DNA from: Candidatus Eiseniibacteriota bacterium
GTDB lineage: Bacteria; Eisenbacteria; RBG-16-71-46; CAVPCR01
Assembly (NCBI GenBank): GCA_963702435.1
Contig: CAVPCR010000004.1
Location: forward strand, 64,001-128,000
Direction of reading: 5' to 3'
Length of the DNA stretch: 64,000 nt
Shown here: positions 51,105-61,674 of the stretch, one piece after another
How the letters are laid out: every line of letters begins with the position of its first letter
Numbering within the stretch: the first letter of the stretch is position 1
Program-made: the position numbers and the translations under genes
Notes under the pieces: generated by a model
The model's database searches: none
Seen by the model: only the letters and a program-made list of their open reading frames with translations
Told to the model about the DNA's origin: nothing

Positions 51105-52418
51105 ATGAGCCGAGTCCGGACAGCGCGGCGAGCGATCGCCGGGGCGTTGCTGCTCGCGTCTCTTTTCGCAACGGCCGCTCTCGCCCAGGAGAACGCAGCG
51201 GCGGCGAAGCCGAAGCCCGATCTCACGCCGGGGAGAGGATTCAAGATCTACGAGGGCGACAAGGGCGCACTGACCTTCAGCCTCTACACCTACATCCGCT
51301 ACCTGAACCAGCGCGGGCTCGACGACACCTATACGGACCCCTCCGGGAATGCGAAGACCCTCGACCAGCGAGACGACCTACAGCTCCAGAAGGCGCTCCT
51401 CTACTTCAAGGGCTGGCTCGGCCGGCCCGAGTTCCGCTACCTCGCCTACGTGTGGACCTCGAACACGAGCCAGGGGCAAGGCGCGCAGGTCGTGGCGGCC
51501 GGGAACCTGAACTACCGGTTCAACGAGCACATCGAGGTGGGTGCCGGCATCGGCGGCCTCCCGACCACGCGCAGCACGCGCGGCACGTGGCCGCACTGGC
51601 TCAAGCAGGACAACCGCACGATCGCCGACGAGTACTTCCGCGGCTCCTACACGAGCGGCATCTGGGCCAGCGGGGACGTGAGCGATGACCTCCATTACAA
51701 GGCCATGTTCGGGAACAACCTGAGCCAGCTCGGCGTGGACGCGGGGCAGCTCGACGCCGGGATGAACACCTACTCCGGGGCCTTCTGGTGGACTGCGGGT
51801 GGCTTCGGCGCTTATGAAGGATTCGGCGATTTCGAGGGGCACGAGACGGTCGCCACGAGCCTGGGCGCCGCTCTGACGGGCAGCCGGGAGAGCAGACAGA
51901 ACCAGCCCGACGTGGACGATCCCGAGAACACGCAGATCCGCGTCTCGGACGGGACGGGCATCTTCCAGATCGGCGCCTTCGGCGACAGCCTGGCGATCGA
52001 GCAGGCCGACTATCACATGTCCGCTTTCGATGGCGCGGTCAAGTATCGCGGCTGGGCCCTCGAAGGGGAGTACTACGTGCGGTGGGTCGACAATCTGAAG
52101 TGGATCGACCTCCGGAGCGCGAGCGGCGAGCTGCCGACGGAGGACTTCTTCGACCACGGCTTCCAGCTGCAGGCATCCATGATGGCGATGCCGAAGAAGC
52201 TCATGCTCTACGGCTTCACCTCGAGGATCTTCGGCGAGTACGGCGAGCCCTGGGAAGCGGGCGGCGGACTCAACTACTACCCGTTCGAGACGCGGATCCT
52301 GCGCTTCAACCCGGAGATCATCTACGTGGACGAGTCCCCGGTCGGCTACCTGAGCTATCCGCTCCTGGTCGGCGCCAAGGGGCCTGTCTTCATGGCGAAC
52401 ATCGAGCTCTACTTCTGA
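51105..52418 (+). CDS. Outer-membrane beta-barrel / porin-like protein
   Basis: Signal peptide ending AALA, aromatic/Gly-rich strands, C-terminal Phe (ANIELYF). RBS GGAGG present. Confidence 0.7.
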   Translation: MSRVRTARRAIAGALLLASLFATAALAQENAAAAKPKPDLTPGRGFKIYEGDKGALTFSLYTYIRYLNQRGLDDTYTDPSGNAKTLDQRDDLQLQKALLYFKGWLGRPEFRYLAYVWTSNTSQGQGAQVVAAGNLNYRFNEHIEVGAGIGGLPTTRSTRGTWPHWLKQDNRTIADEYFRGSYTSGIWASGDVSDDLHYKAMFGNNLSQLGVDAGQLDAGMNTYSGAFWWTAGGFGAYEGFGDFEGHETVATSLGAALTGSRESRQNQPDVDDPENTQIRVSDGTGIFQIGAFGDSLAIEQADYHMSAFDGAVKYRGWALEGEYYVRWVDNLKWIDLRSASGELPTEDFFDHGFQLQASMMAMPKKLMLYGFTSRIFGEYGEPWEAGGGLNYYPFETRILRFNPEIIYVDESPVGYLSYPLLVGAKGPVFMANIELYF

Positions 52419-52521
52419 GCGTCGCCGGGGTGGGTGACGCGGCGCCGCGGGCGTTGTACGCTTGTCGGGCCACCCAGGACCGGCTGGCCCGGGCCGGCCC
52501 CCCCACGAACGAGGACGATCC

Positions 52522-53001
52522 ATGCGTGCACGCAAGAGTCTCCTGCTCCCGGCGCTCGCCCTGGCCGCCACGGTCACGGCGTCCATGGCGCCCGCCCCCG
52601 CCGGCGCGTCGTGGAAGGTGCCGGCCGAGGCGGCGAAGGTGAAGAGCCCGGTCGCGCCGAGCAAGGAGTCGGTGGCGCGCGGCGAGGCGATCTACAAGGC
52701 CTCCTGCCTCGACTGCCACGGCCCGCAGGGCCGCGGTGACGGGAAGCAGGCGAAGGGGCTCTCGAAGAAGCCGGCCGACCTCGCCGCCGAGCTCCGCGAG
52801 GACTCGGACGGCGAGATCTTCTGGAAGGTGAGCGAGGGCAAGCGGCCGATGCCGGGCTTCAAGAAGGATCTGAAGGAAGATGCGCGCTGGGATGTCGTTA
52901 ACTACCTGCGCAAGGTGATCCAGGCCCCGGCGAAGGGAGCCCCGGCGGATACGACCAAGGGGAAGTCGAATCCGCAGAGCGGAGCAGAGGACAAGAAGTA
53001 A
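52522..53001 (+). CDS. Monoheme c-type cytochrome
   Basis: Signal peptide, CLDCHG, distal Met in PMPGF. Confidence 0.9.
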   Translation: MRARKSLLLPALALAATVTASMAPAPAGASWKVPAEAAKVKSPVAPSKESVARGEAIYKASCLDCHGPQGRGDGKQAKGLSKKPADLAAELREDSDGEIFWKVSEGKRPMPGFKKDLKEDARWDVVNYLRKVIQAPAKGAPADTTKGKSNPQSGAEDKK

Positions 53002-53003
53002 AC

Positions 53004-53606
53004 GTGGATACTCTGGCCACCCTGGGCCTCATGCTCGGCACGAGCTGGGCCACGGGGATCAATCTCTACGCGGTCGTCTTCGTGCTCGGGATCACCAATC
53101 GGCTCGGGTGGATCGATCTCCCGCAGTCGCTCGATCCGGTGAGCAGCCTCGTCGTGCTCGTCACGGCGGGGCTCCTCTATGCAGTCGAGTTCGTCGCCGA
53201 CAAGATCCCGGCCGTGGACTCGGTGTGGGACACGATCCATACCTTCATCCGCCCGCTCGGCGGCGCCGCGCTCGCCTACATGGCGGTCGGCGACACGAGC
53301 CCGACCTTCCAGATCATGGCGGCGCTCCTCGGCGGCGCCGTCGCCTTGAACTCGCATCTCACCAAGGCCACGTCGCGCCTCGCGCTCAACGCCTCGCCGG
53401 AGCCGGTGTCGAACTGGACGGCGAGCCTCCTCGGCGACGGGCTCGTCCTCGGCCTCATCTGGCTCGCGGTCGCCCATCCTGTGATCGCGATCGTCGTCGT
53501 CCTCGCCTTCATCGTGCTCTCGATCTGGTTCCTGTCCAAGATGGTGCAGTTCGTGAAGTCGATCTTCTCGTTCGACGCGAAAGAGGATCCGGTCGCCGGA
53601 CCGTGA
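53004..53606 (+). CDS. DUF4126 family membrane protein
   Basis: [34 protein letters not shown]. Confidence 0.85.
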   Translation: MDTLATLGLMLGTSWATGINLYAVVFVLGITNRLGWIDLPQSLDPVSSLVVLVTAGLLYAVEFVADKIPAVDSVWDTIHTFIRPLGGAALAYMAVGDTSPTFQIMAALLGGAVALNSHLTKATSRLALNASPEPVSNWTASLLGDGLVLGLIWLAVAHPVIAIVVVLAFIVLSIWFLSKMVQFVKSIFSFDAKEDPVAGP

Positions 53607-53623
53607 CGGCGAACGGAGCAGCG

Positions 53624-54019
53624 ATGATCGATCGGCAGAACATCTCGTCGGGGACGCCCTGGGAGCCGATCGTCGGCTACTCGCGCGCGGTGCGCGTCGG
53701 GAACCAGGTGATCGTGGCGGGCACCACCGCGACCGATCGGGATGGCCGCATCGTCGGGGTCGGGGATGCCCACGCGCAGGCGCGGCAGGCGCTCGCGAAC
53801 ATCGCCGCCGCGCTGGCCAGGGCCGGCGCGGCGATGACGGATGTCGTCCGCACCCGCATGTACGTCGTTCGCAGCGCGGATTGCGACGCGGTCGGGCGCG
53901 CGCACGCCGAGTGCTTCCGCGACGTGAAGCCCGCGGCGACCATGGTGGTCGTCGCGGGCCTCGTCCACCCCGACATGCTCGTCGAGATCGAGGTGGATGC
54001 GGTGATCGGGTGCGGTTGA
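53624..54019 (+). CDS. RidA/YjgF family protein
   Basis: [35 protein letters not shown]. Embedded in the longer 53108 ORF. Confidence 0.9.
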   Translation: MIDRQNISSGTPWEPIVGYSRAVRVGNQVIVAGTTATDRDGRIVGVGDAHAQARQALANIAAALARAGAAMTDVVRTRMYVVRSADCDAVGRAHAECFRDVKPAATMVVVAGLVHPDMLVEIEVDAVIGCG

Positions 54020-54062
54020 GCGGCCGCGCCGCAACTGCGAAGCGGACTGCCGAGGGATACCA

Positions 54063-55577
54063 ATGCGTACGCTGACACTGGCCTCGTGCCAGGTCGATAC
54101 ACTTCCAAGGCTGGCATGGTGCGCCACGATCCGAAAGCACGACCGTACAGTACGCGTGCTACACGGGCCCCATGTCGAGGTCGCCGCCGACTTCTTTTGT
54201 GACGGGGCCTGGAATGGGGACTTCGCCAGCGCAGATTTCGAGAAAGGCTTGCTCATAGGTTCTGCCGGCAAGGTCGTCGGGGATCGCCTGCTGATCTCCA
54301 CTCCGAATCACACCATGGAGCGGATCTACCTGCTGAGAAGCGGCGAAACCCTGCTCGTGTCGAATTCGTGTGCTTTCGTGCTCGCGCTATCCGACGATGA
54401 ACTCGACCCGCAGGATCTGTCGTATACGAGGCGGTTGTCCTCGATCATCCGTGGGATTGACCAGTACGAGCGGTGGATCCCGACTCGTCGCGGGAACCGC
54501 ATCCACGTGTACTGCCACTGCAACATTCAGGTGGGGGTGGATCATCAGGTGGTGGAAGCACCGAAAGCCGCGGAGCGCGAGTTCGTGGAATTCGCCGATT
54601 ACAGGTCGTTCCTCGAGGAGGCCACCGGCGCCATAGCGTCGAACGCAAGCGACTCGCGGCGGAAGATCCAGTATCGACCGCTGGCAACCATCTCCAGCGG
54701 TTACGACTCCCCCGCCAGTGCTGTCTTTGCGTGGAAGGCAGGATGCAAGGAGGCCATCACAATCCGCCGTTCCAGGCCGCGAGGCGGCTCTGATGTGGAG
54801 GATTCAGGGGAGGAGATTGCGAGGATCCTGGGGATGAGAGTGCAGGCATTCGACCGATTCGACTACCTTGACCGGACGGATCTACCGGAGGCGGAGGGCG
54901 GCATCACCGAGTTTCTGTCCTTTGGCGATTGCCTTGAGCAGCGGCTTCTCTTCACCGGATTCAATGACGTCGTATGGGATCGTTCCGCCAAGATGGTCAG
55001 TCCCTACATTCGACGGAAGGACACGAGCGGCAACAGCCTGACCGAACTCAGACTGCGGTTGGGGTTCTTACATCTGCCGGTGCCGTACCTGGGGTGCACC
55101 AGCCATTCCTCGATCCATCGGATCTCCAACTCGCAGGAGATGCTGCCGTGGTGCGTCGGGGGCAACTATGACAAACCGATTCCCCGGCGCCTGGTGGAAG
55201 AGGCGGGCGTCGATCGACAGCTGTTCGGCGTCGTGAAGAAGGCCGCGGCGATCGTGCCTCATGAGGAGGGATTCGAAGAGGCCATGACCAAGGAGTCCCG
55301 GGCCGATTTCTCGCGGTTCTTCGCCGAGGTATCCACCCGGCGGATCCGGGCGAAGCTGTGGCTGTGCAAGATTGGACAATCAGTGGCGAGGATGAACCGC
55401 CAATTGCGCTGGACGATCGCAGGGGTGAGTTCCCGAATGAGTGGCGGCCGAATCGCTCTGCAGCTGCCGGTGGTCATCCCTGCCAGTGTCGAGCGGATCG
55501 GAGAACGGGGCCGGCATTCGCTTCTCTTCCATTGGTCGATGAGCAAGCTACGGTCGCGGTACCAGGTGGCGGAGTGA
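54063..55577 (+). CDS. Hypothetical protein with PP-loop-like motif (asparagine-synthetase-like fold possible)
   Basis: 504-aa ORF containing LATISSGYDS and YDKPIPRR; visibly lower GC than its neighbours. Confidence 0.6.
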   Translation: MRTLTLASCQVDTLPRLAWCATIRKHDRTVRVLHGPHVEVAADFFCDGAWNGDFASADFEKGLLIGSAGKVVGDRLLISTPNHTMERIYLLRSGETLLVSNSCAFVLALSDDELDPQDLSYTRRLSSIIRGIDQYERWIPTRRGNRIHVYCHCNIQVGVDHQVVEAPKAAEREFVEFADYRSFLEEATGAIASNASDSRRKIQYRPLATISSGYDSPASAVFAWKAGCKEAITIRRSRPRGGSDVEDSGEEIARILGMRVQAFDRFDYLDRTDLPEAEGGITEFLSFGDCLEQRLLFTGFNDVVWDRSAKMVSPYIRRKDTSGNSLTELRLRLGFLHLPVPYLGCTSHSSIHRISNSQEMLPWCVGGNYDKPIPRRLVEEAGVDRQLFGVVKKAAAIVPHEEGFEEAMTKESRADFSRFFAEVSTRRIRAKLWLCKIGQSVARMNRQLRWTIAGVSSRMSGGRIALQLPVVIPASVERIGERGRHSLLFHWSMSKLRSRYQVAE

Positions 55578-55631
55578 GGTGGCGGAGCAGGGCGGCGCGC
55601 GCCCGGGCGAGCGCGCCGCCTCCCGCGCAAT

Positions 55632-56438
55632 TCACCTATCGCACGAGCACGAGATCACGAGCCGCCGTCCGCCGCCCGGCAGGCCGCCGCCCACGATCTG
55701 GAAGCAGTCGCCGGCGGTGAACGGCTGGCCGTCCAGGAGACTTCCGGTGAGAGTCACCGGTCGCTCGTCTCCCTGCCTGACGGGACCCAGCGCGGCGAGG
55801 ATCGCGGTCGCTTCGAACTTGAGGGTCAGGTCCTCGCGCCCGTCCGGACCCGCGTCCGTGCATGCGCACGCTTCGCCCGAGGCCGGCGTGCTCACGTCCT
55901 CGTAGGACCAGCGCACCGGCGCGATGCCCTCGAGGCGGAGCGTCGCCGGATCGATCGCGCGCACGTCGAGGCCGTCGGCCGAGGAGTGCCGCCGGCACCA
56001 CGCCGTGCTGGCGGAGGTTCAGCGGGTTCGGACAGCCGCCCGGCTTGAGATCGAGCGGGTAGACGATGTCCGGGGCCAGTCGCCGCGTGACGATGCTCAC
56101 GCGCGTCGGCTCGTAGACGACCTCGAACTCGCACTGCGGGACATCCGGCAGGACCACCGTGGCGAACGTGCCCGCGATGGCGGGAGCGGTCAACACCGCC
56201 TGGTCTCCGCGGAGCGTGCCGCCCGGGTTGATCGTGTAGCCGCGTTGGTCGCATCCACGCCGTAGGCGCCGGTCAGGCTGAAGACGCCGAAATCGAAGAA
56301 CGCCCGCGGATATCCGCGCAGGGTCCAGTTGTTCACGTCTTCCCAGGTGCCGCCGCTCGGGTTGGTCCACTGATAGGTTGCGGCGAGCGCCGGCGCGTCA
56401 CTCGCGTTCCCGCCCGCGATGACCGCGACGAGGAGCAT
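55632..56438 (-). pseudogene. Frameshifted remnant of a secreted protein
   Basis: Protein-like text continues across three frames: signal + WTNPSGGTW (56190 ORF), GYTINPGG...DLKPGGCPNPLN (55636 ORF), DVRAIDPATLRL...DLTLKF (55632 ORF). Breaks lie near 56243 and 55979. Confidence 0.6.
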
Positions 56439-56525
56439 TGGACCATCGGGTGACGAGGCGCGGCGGGCACATGGCAGGCGAGCATCGCGCCGTTCCGCAA
56501 TGGACGCGGCGGGGCGCGATGCCGT

Positions 56526-57749
56526 TCAGTAGATGAAGCGGCGGATGTCGTAGAGCGCGATCGGCGCGGTCACCTGGGCGGCGCGGAGGCGCGTGCGGAA
56601 CTCCTCCGCCTCGTGCGCGAGCTCGGCGGGGGTGAGGGGGGCAAGCGCACCGCTCCGCGCCTCGAAGGCCGAGCCCGGATGGACGACGAGCGGCGAGAGG
56701 TAGATACGGTCGCCGCGGGCGGGCGCCATGGCGGCGATCGTCTCGACCGTGGTGGCCACGTGCTCCGCCCCGAGCTTCCTCCCGCCGGCGCCGACGAGGA
56801 CGATGATGCCGAGGCCGATCCCGGCGGTGTGGAGCGCGTGGGCGAGGGCGATCGCGGCGTCCGCCTCGGCCGGCTTCCCGAGCGCGGCGAGGACCTCGGC
56901 GCTCCCGCTCTCGAGCCCGAGCGCGACGCTCGCCAGGCCGCGCTCGCGCAGCGCGCGGAGCTCGTCAGCGGTCTTCGGTTGGGTGAAGGAATCGATGAAC
57001 GCGGCAAGCGTCGAGAAGGAGCGCGGCGCCGCGACCCGCTCCAGCTCCTCGCGCAGGACGTCGAGGAGGGGAAGGAGCTTCTCCTGGGCGATGACGAGAG
57101 CGTTGGCCTGGCCGAGGAATAGGCCGCGGCGGAGCGGCAGCGCCCGCCCGACGAGTGCAAGCACGCTCTGGACGTGCGCGCGGAGCGTCTCCGGCGCCTT
57201 GAGCGAGAAGGTCGCGTCGCGATAGAGATGGCAGAACGTGCAGCGATTCCACGAGCAGCCGGAGGTGAGCTGGAGGACGAGCGCCCGGTTCTGATCGGGC
57301 GGCAGGATGGGAATCGGATCGTAGGTCGACGCGAACTGCTCCGCCTCGCCGGCGTAGCGCGCGGCATCCCAGCGCGTGGCGCGGGCGAGCGGCCCGGCGA
57401 GCGAGGCGGGGGCCCGGGCAGGGAGCGCGGCCGCCGCCTCGCGGACGAGGCCGGACACGCGCGCGAGGAGCGGCGCGGCGGTGGAGTCGGGAAGGACATC
57501 GATCGCAAGCGCGCGGAAGGCGTCGCCGCGCTCGATCGCGACCCGGCGCACGCGGCCGTCGAGGCCGCGCTGGTACGAGTCGCCGTCCATCCATGCGCGA
57601 TGGAGGCGGCCTTCGAGATCGAGATGGACGAGATCGCCGCCCTCGGCGAAGAGGGAGAGGAGATGCTCCTTCCGCGCGAGGACAAGCCCGCCGGCGAGCG
57701 GCAGCACCTCGCGGTAGGCGGGTCCGATCTCGTGCGGCGTGTCGATCAT
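56526..57749 (-). CDS. Radical SAM protein
   Basis: GCSWNRCTFCHLY (CX4CX2C), LGLESG, LVGAGG. ATG overlaps the upstream stop codon. Confidence 0.8.
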   Translation of the reverse strand: MIDTPHEIGPAYREVLPLAGGLVLARKEHLLSLFAEGGDLVHLDLEGRLHRAWMDGDSYQRGLDGRVRRVAIERGDAFRALAIDVLPDSTAAPLLARVSGLVREAAAALPARAPASLAGPLARATRWDAARYAGEAEQFASTYDPIPILPPDQNRALVLQLTSGCSWNRCTFCHLYRDATFSLKAPETLRAHVQSVLALVGRALPLRRGLFLGQANALVIAQEKLLPLLDVLREELERVAAPRSFSTLAAFIDSFTQPKTADELRALRERGLASVALGLESGSAEVLAALGKPAEADAAIALAHALHTAGIGLGIIVLVGAGGRKLGAEHVATTVETIAAMAPARGDRIYLSPLVVHPGSAFEARSGALAPLTPAELAHEAEEFRTRLRAAQVTAPIALYDIRRFIY

Positions 57750-58324
57750 GGCCGCGGGCGGAGGACCTTCGCGAGGAGGTCTGCGATCCCGAGCGGGCCG
57801 GCCCAGCGCTGGAGGAGCTCGTGATCCAGGCGGTCGCCCTGCGCGGCGGCGATACCCGCGATGTCGGCCCACTGGCGCTCGGAGATCTCGCCCCCGGCCC
57901 GGTACCAGAGGAGCTTGCGCAGGATCGTGTGCTCCGCGCTCTTCACGACGATGACGCGTCCCCGATCGTCCTCGATCGCCACGGCGCGCTCGAATTCCTC
58001 GCGATCGAAGGGCGAGTCTCCGAGCACGAATACGTTGACCTTGATGCCGCTGTCGAGGTGCACGAGGTTGAAACTCCTCATGCTGCCCGCCGCACTGCGC
58101 GCGCTCTCCTCATCGACATAGAACCGATCCGCGAGCCGGCGCGCCAGCGCGACCGCCGTGCCGGGAGTGAGGGCCGCGACCAGATCGATGTCCTGGGTCT
58201 GTCGTGGAATGCCGTGGATGGAGCTCGCATAGGAGCCGCCGAGGTGATAGCGGACGCCGAGCGCAGTGAGCGCTTCGATCACGCACAGTGCGACCGCGAT
58301 GGCCTCGGGGCGTTCTGGCGTCAT
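57746..58324 (-). CDS. Nucleotidyltransferase-fold protein (putative toxin)
   Basis: YHLGGSYASSIHGIPRQTQDIDLV Pol-beta-like motif; SAEHTILRKL...D. Confidence 0.75.
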   Translation of the reverse strand: MTPERPEAIAVALCVIEALTALGVRYHLGGSYASSIHGIPRQTQDIDLVAALTPGTAVALARRLADRFYVDEESARSAAGSMRSFNLVHLDSGIKVNVFVLGDSPFDREEFERAVAIEDDRGRVIVVKSAEHTILRKLLWYRAGGEISERQWADIAGIAAAQGDRLDHELLQRWAGPLGIADLLAKVLRPRP

Positions 58325-58611
58325 GGCACCCGGTCCTGCGCGGCGAGTGTCCCGGGGGGGTCGAGGGGGCCGTAGACCCTGGTCGCGAGCTCCTCGCCGA
58401 GCACGAGTCCGAGGAGCCGCCGGCGGAGCCGGGCCGGTGATTCGTCCGGGTGGCGCCGGCGGAGGCCGGCCATGGCGAGGAGACGCGAGGTCGCGATGGC
58501 GTCGTCCACGAGCTCGAGCTTGCGCCAGGGCGGCATGCGGCGGTAGATCGCGAGCATGACGGCCTCGGCCTCGGGCGAGGTGTCGGGGGGCGTGTGCGAG
58601 CTCGTCAACAT
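58321..58611 (-). CDS. Small helical protein, putative antitoxin partner (Rv0078B/MenA-like)
   Basis: 96 aa, DTSPEAE...YRRMPPWRKL...GLRRRHP; stop overlaps the NTase start. Confidence 0.6.
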   Translation of the reverse strand: MLTSSHTPPDTSPEAEAVMLAIYRRMPPWRKLELVDDAIATSRLLAMAGLRRRHPDESPARLRRRLLGLVLGEELATRVYGPLDPPGTLAAQDRVP

Positions 58612-58670
58612 GGTTGATGAAAGGCTAGCACGCTGGGCTGGTGGGCGCACCCCGGGCTGCCCGCCCGGCC

Positions 58671-59672
58671 TCACGCGTAGAGCTTCGCCACGTACTCGCC
58701 GTACCCGTTGTAGAGGAGCGTCTTTCGCCGGAGCATCTCCCCGATCATCTGCTCGGTGGCCTGCGACCAGCGCGAATGAGGGATCTCGGGGGTCACGTTG
58801 GCGATGAAATCGTACTCGGCCGGAACCTCGTCGTTCCAGAAGGTGCGTGGCTTCTCGTCCGTGAACTCGACGACGGCGATCGACTTGATGCTCTTGAAGC
58901 CGTACTTCCATGGCGTGACGAGGCGGATCGGCGCCCCGTGCTGCGGCGGGAGCTCGTGCCCGTAGATGCCGGTCGCGAGGAGGGCGAGCTCGTTCGTCGC
59001 CTCGGCCAGGGTGAGGGCTTCGTAGTAGGGCCACGGGTACCAGTCGTGCTTCTGCCCCGGGGCCTCCGCGGGGCGGAGGAAGGAGACGAAGCGCACGTGG
59101 CGAGCGCTCGCGAGCGGCTCCGCGAAGCGCACGAAGTCGGCGAGCGGGAAGCCGGTCCACGGCACCGCCATCGACCACGCCTCGACGCAGCGATGGCGAT
59201 AGAGCCGCTCCTCGAGTCGCATCTTGCGCACGAGGTCGTCCACGTCGATCGTCCGCGGTCTGGCGACGAGGCCCCTGATCTCGAGCGCCCACGGGCGCGT
59301 CGTGAGCTTTTCGGCGAGCTTCCAGACCTGGTCCTTGGCCTCGGTGAACTCGTAGAAGTTGTTGTAGCGGGCGGCGAGCTTCTCGGTGGTGAGCGGGCGG
59401 TCGAGGACGTACTTCGAATTCCGCGCCGCGGGGTAGAGCGAGGCGAGCGGGCTCGGAGCCCCCGCGGGAGAAGGGGGGCCGCCGGCGGCGGCAGCGCCCG
59501 GCTCGTCGGCGCGGCTGCAGCCGAGGAGGCCGCCCGCAGTGAGGCCCGCGATCGCGCCGAGGCCGGCGCTGCCGAGGGTCGCGAGGAAGCGGCGACGGTT
59601 GAGGAACACTTCTTCGGGTGTCGCCTCGCGTTCGGGGAGCGAATACCGACGCTGGATGCGGATGCTAGCCAT
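58671..59672 (-). CDS. msrP: Methionine sulfoxide reductase catalytic subunit MsrP (YedY)
   Basis: Tat signal NRRRFL, YNNFYEF, RHRCVEAWSMAVPW, GAPIRLVTPWKYGFKSIKSI. Confidence 0.93.
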   Translation of the reverse strand: MASIRIQRRYSLPEREATPEEVFLNRRRFLATLGSAGLGAIAGLTAGGLLGCSRADEPGAAAAGGPPSPAGAPSPLASLYPAARNSKYVLDRPLTTEKLAARYNNFYEFTEAKDQVWKLAEKLTTRPWALEIRGLVARPRTIDVDDLVRKMRLEERLYRHRCVEAWSMAVPWTGFPLADFVRFAEPLASARHVRFVSFLRPAEAPGQKHDWYPWPYYEALTLAEATNELALLATGIYGHELPPQHGAPIRLVTPWKYGFKSIKSIAVVEFTDEKPRTFWNDEVPAEYDFIANVTPEIPHSRWSQATEQMIGEMLRRKTLLYNGYGEYVAKLYA

Positions 59673-59820
59673 GATCGAGGCCTCTGGACTCCTGGGCAGG
59701 CGGGACACGACGGTGATTCTCGTCCACCGAAGGGCGGGGAAAAGCCCGGAGATCCCCCAGCCGGCGTATGATGGGATGCGTCCCGCCGGCCCGAGGATGC
59801 ACCGGCGGGCCAGGTGACCG

Positions 59821-61210
59821 ATGACGATCGCAGAAGGCAGGCCGGGCGCGGACAGGTCCGGCGACCGGCGGTTTCTCGCCGATCGCATGCTCGCGCGGCT
59901 GGCGCGCTGGCTCCGGGTGGCGGGGGAGGATGTCCTCTTGCCGGCGCTCCCGGGGAGCCACGTGCCGACGCGGGACGAGCTCGCGCGCACCGCCCGGGCC
60001 GAGCGCCGCATCGTCCTCACCCGCGATCGCACCTTCCCCCTCCCGCGCGCGGATCGACTCCTCGTCGTGGCCACCGATCTCGACGCGCAGCTCCGCGAGT
60101 TCTACCGCGCATTTCTTGCCGATCCGCTCGCGCACGCCTTCACCCGCTGCAGCCTGTGCAACGGGATCGCCGACGAGGCGGCGCGGGAGGATGTTGCCGA
60201 CGCCCTCCCGCCGGCGGTGCGCGAGCGCGGGCGCGACTTTCGCCGCTGCCGTGACTGCGGCCAGGTCTACTGGGATGGAAGCCACACGGCGCGGATCCGG
60301 TCGCGGCTCGAAGCGCTGCGCGCGGAGCTCGGCGTCGAGCTCGGTGGCCGGCTGCCGCGGCACCGGCGCGCGGAGCTCGCGCTCGACGATCACTGCGGCT
60401 GGGCGCGCTTCGATGATTTCCTCCGCGAGATCCTCGCGCGGCTCGATCTCTCGTGGGCCGGCTACCGCCGGCCGCGGCGGTCGCTGCGCCCGGGCCTGGT
60501 CGCGCGCATGGCGGAGCTCGGCCTCCGCGACTACGGCGAGTACCTCGATCACGTCGCGGCGCATCCCGAGGAGCGCGCGCAGCTCGCCGGGCTGCTCGCC
60601 ATCACCATCTCGCGCTTCTTTCGCGATCGCGAGGACTGGAAGGCGCTTGCCGAACTCGTGATTGGCGAACTCGCGGCCCGCGGCCGGGGCGACGGGGGCC
60701 CCGTGCGCGCGGCGAGCCTCGGCTCGGCCTCGGGCGAGGAGTCGTACACGCTCCGGATCCTGTGGACCGAGCGCGCGCCCGACGTGCCGCTCGATCTCCT
60801 TGCTGCCGACGTGCGGACCGACGTGCTCGCGCGCGCGAAGGCGGCGATCTACACGGCAACGAGCGTGCACTCGGTGCCGGGGGATCTCCTCGCGCGGCAC
60901 TTCACGCGCGAGCCGGGGCGCTGCCGGCAGCGTGTATCGCCTGGATCGCCGGATCGCCGATGCGGTCCGCTTCGTGGAGCTTGATTTGACGCACGACCCG
61001 CTGCCAGGCCCGTTCGATCTCCTCCTCTGCCGGAACTCCGCCTTCACCTACCTGGGCGCGGCGCGGCAAGCGGACGCCGCGGGCCGGCTCGTGGCGGCAC
61101 TCGCCCCCGGCGGCTTCCTCATGATCGGTGGCGGCGAGCGGCTCCCGGCGGGGACCGCGGGCCTCGTGCGGGTGGGGCGCTGTCTTTACCGGAAGAGCGC
61201 GGGCGGGTAA
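59821..61210 (+). pseudogene. Mut7-C (PIN-like RNase) / CheR-type methyltransferase fusion with +1 frameshift near 60915-60918
   Basis: FLADRMLARLARWLR, RCSLCNG, RCRDCGQVYWDGSH; then ISRFFRD, SASGEESYTL. CheR C-half FDLLLCRN...GGFLMIG continues in the 60662 frame to 61210. Confidence 0.7.
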
Positions 61211-61245
61211 GATCGGGCGTCAACGTCACCTGGGAACGCGCGCGC

Positions 61246-61602
61246 ATGGATATCTACAAGCAGTTCACCTTCGAGGCGGCTCATCTCCTGCCCAACGCTC
61301 CGCCCGAGCACAAGTGCCGGCGGCTGCACGGGCATTCCTATCGCGTGACGGTCGTCGTCAGCGCGGAGGTGGGTGCCGAGACCGGCTGGGTGATGGACTT
61401 CTCCGAGATCAAGGCCGCCTTCGCCGCATGCAAGGACACCCTCGATCACCGCTATCTGAACGAGATCCCCGGCCTCGAGAACCCCACCGCCGAGCACATC
61501 GCGATCTGGATCTGGCGGCAGTTGAAGTCGCGCCTCCCCGCCCTCTCCGAGATCCGGATCGACGAGACCTGCACCGCGGGCTGCATCTACCGCGGGGCGT
61601 GA
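61246..61602 (+). CDS. queD: 6-carboxy-5,6,7,8-tetrahydropterin synthase
   Basis: FEAAHLLP, KCRRLHGHSY, LDHRYLNEI, NPTAE, ET. Confidence 0.92.
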   Translation: MDIYKQFTFEAAHLLPNAPPEHKCRRLHGHSYRVTVVVSAEVGAETGWVMDFSEIKAAFAACKDTLDHRYLNEIPGLENPTAEHIAIWIWRQLKSRLPALSEIRIDETCTAGCIYRGA

Positions 61603-61674
61603 TCCGCTGCGGTCGGATCCCGCATGTCGATTCCGGGCATGCTAACATCGTGCAGAAACAGGAGGGCCCGTACG

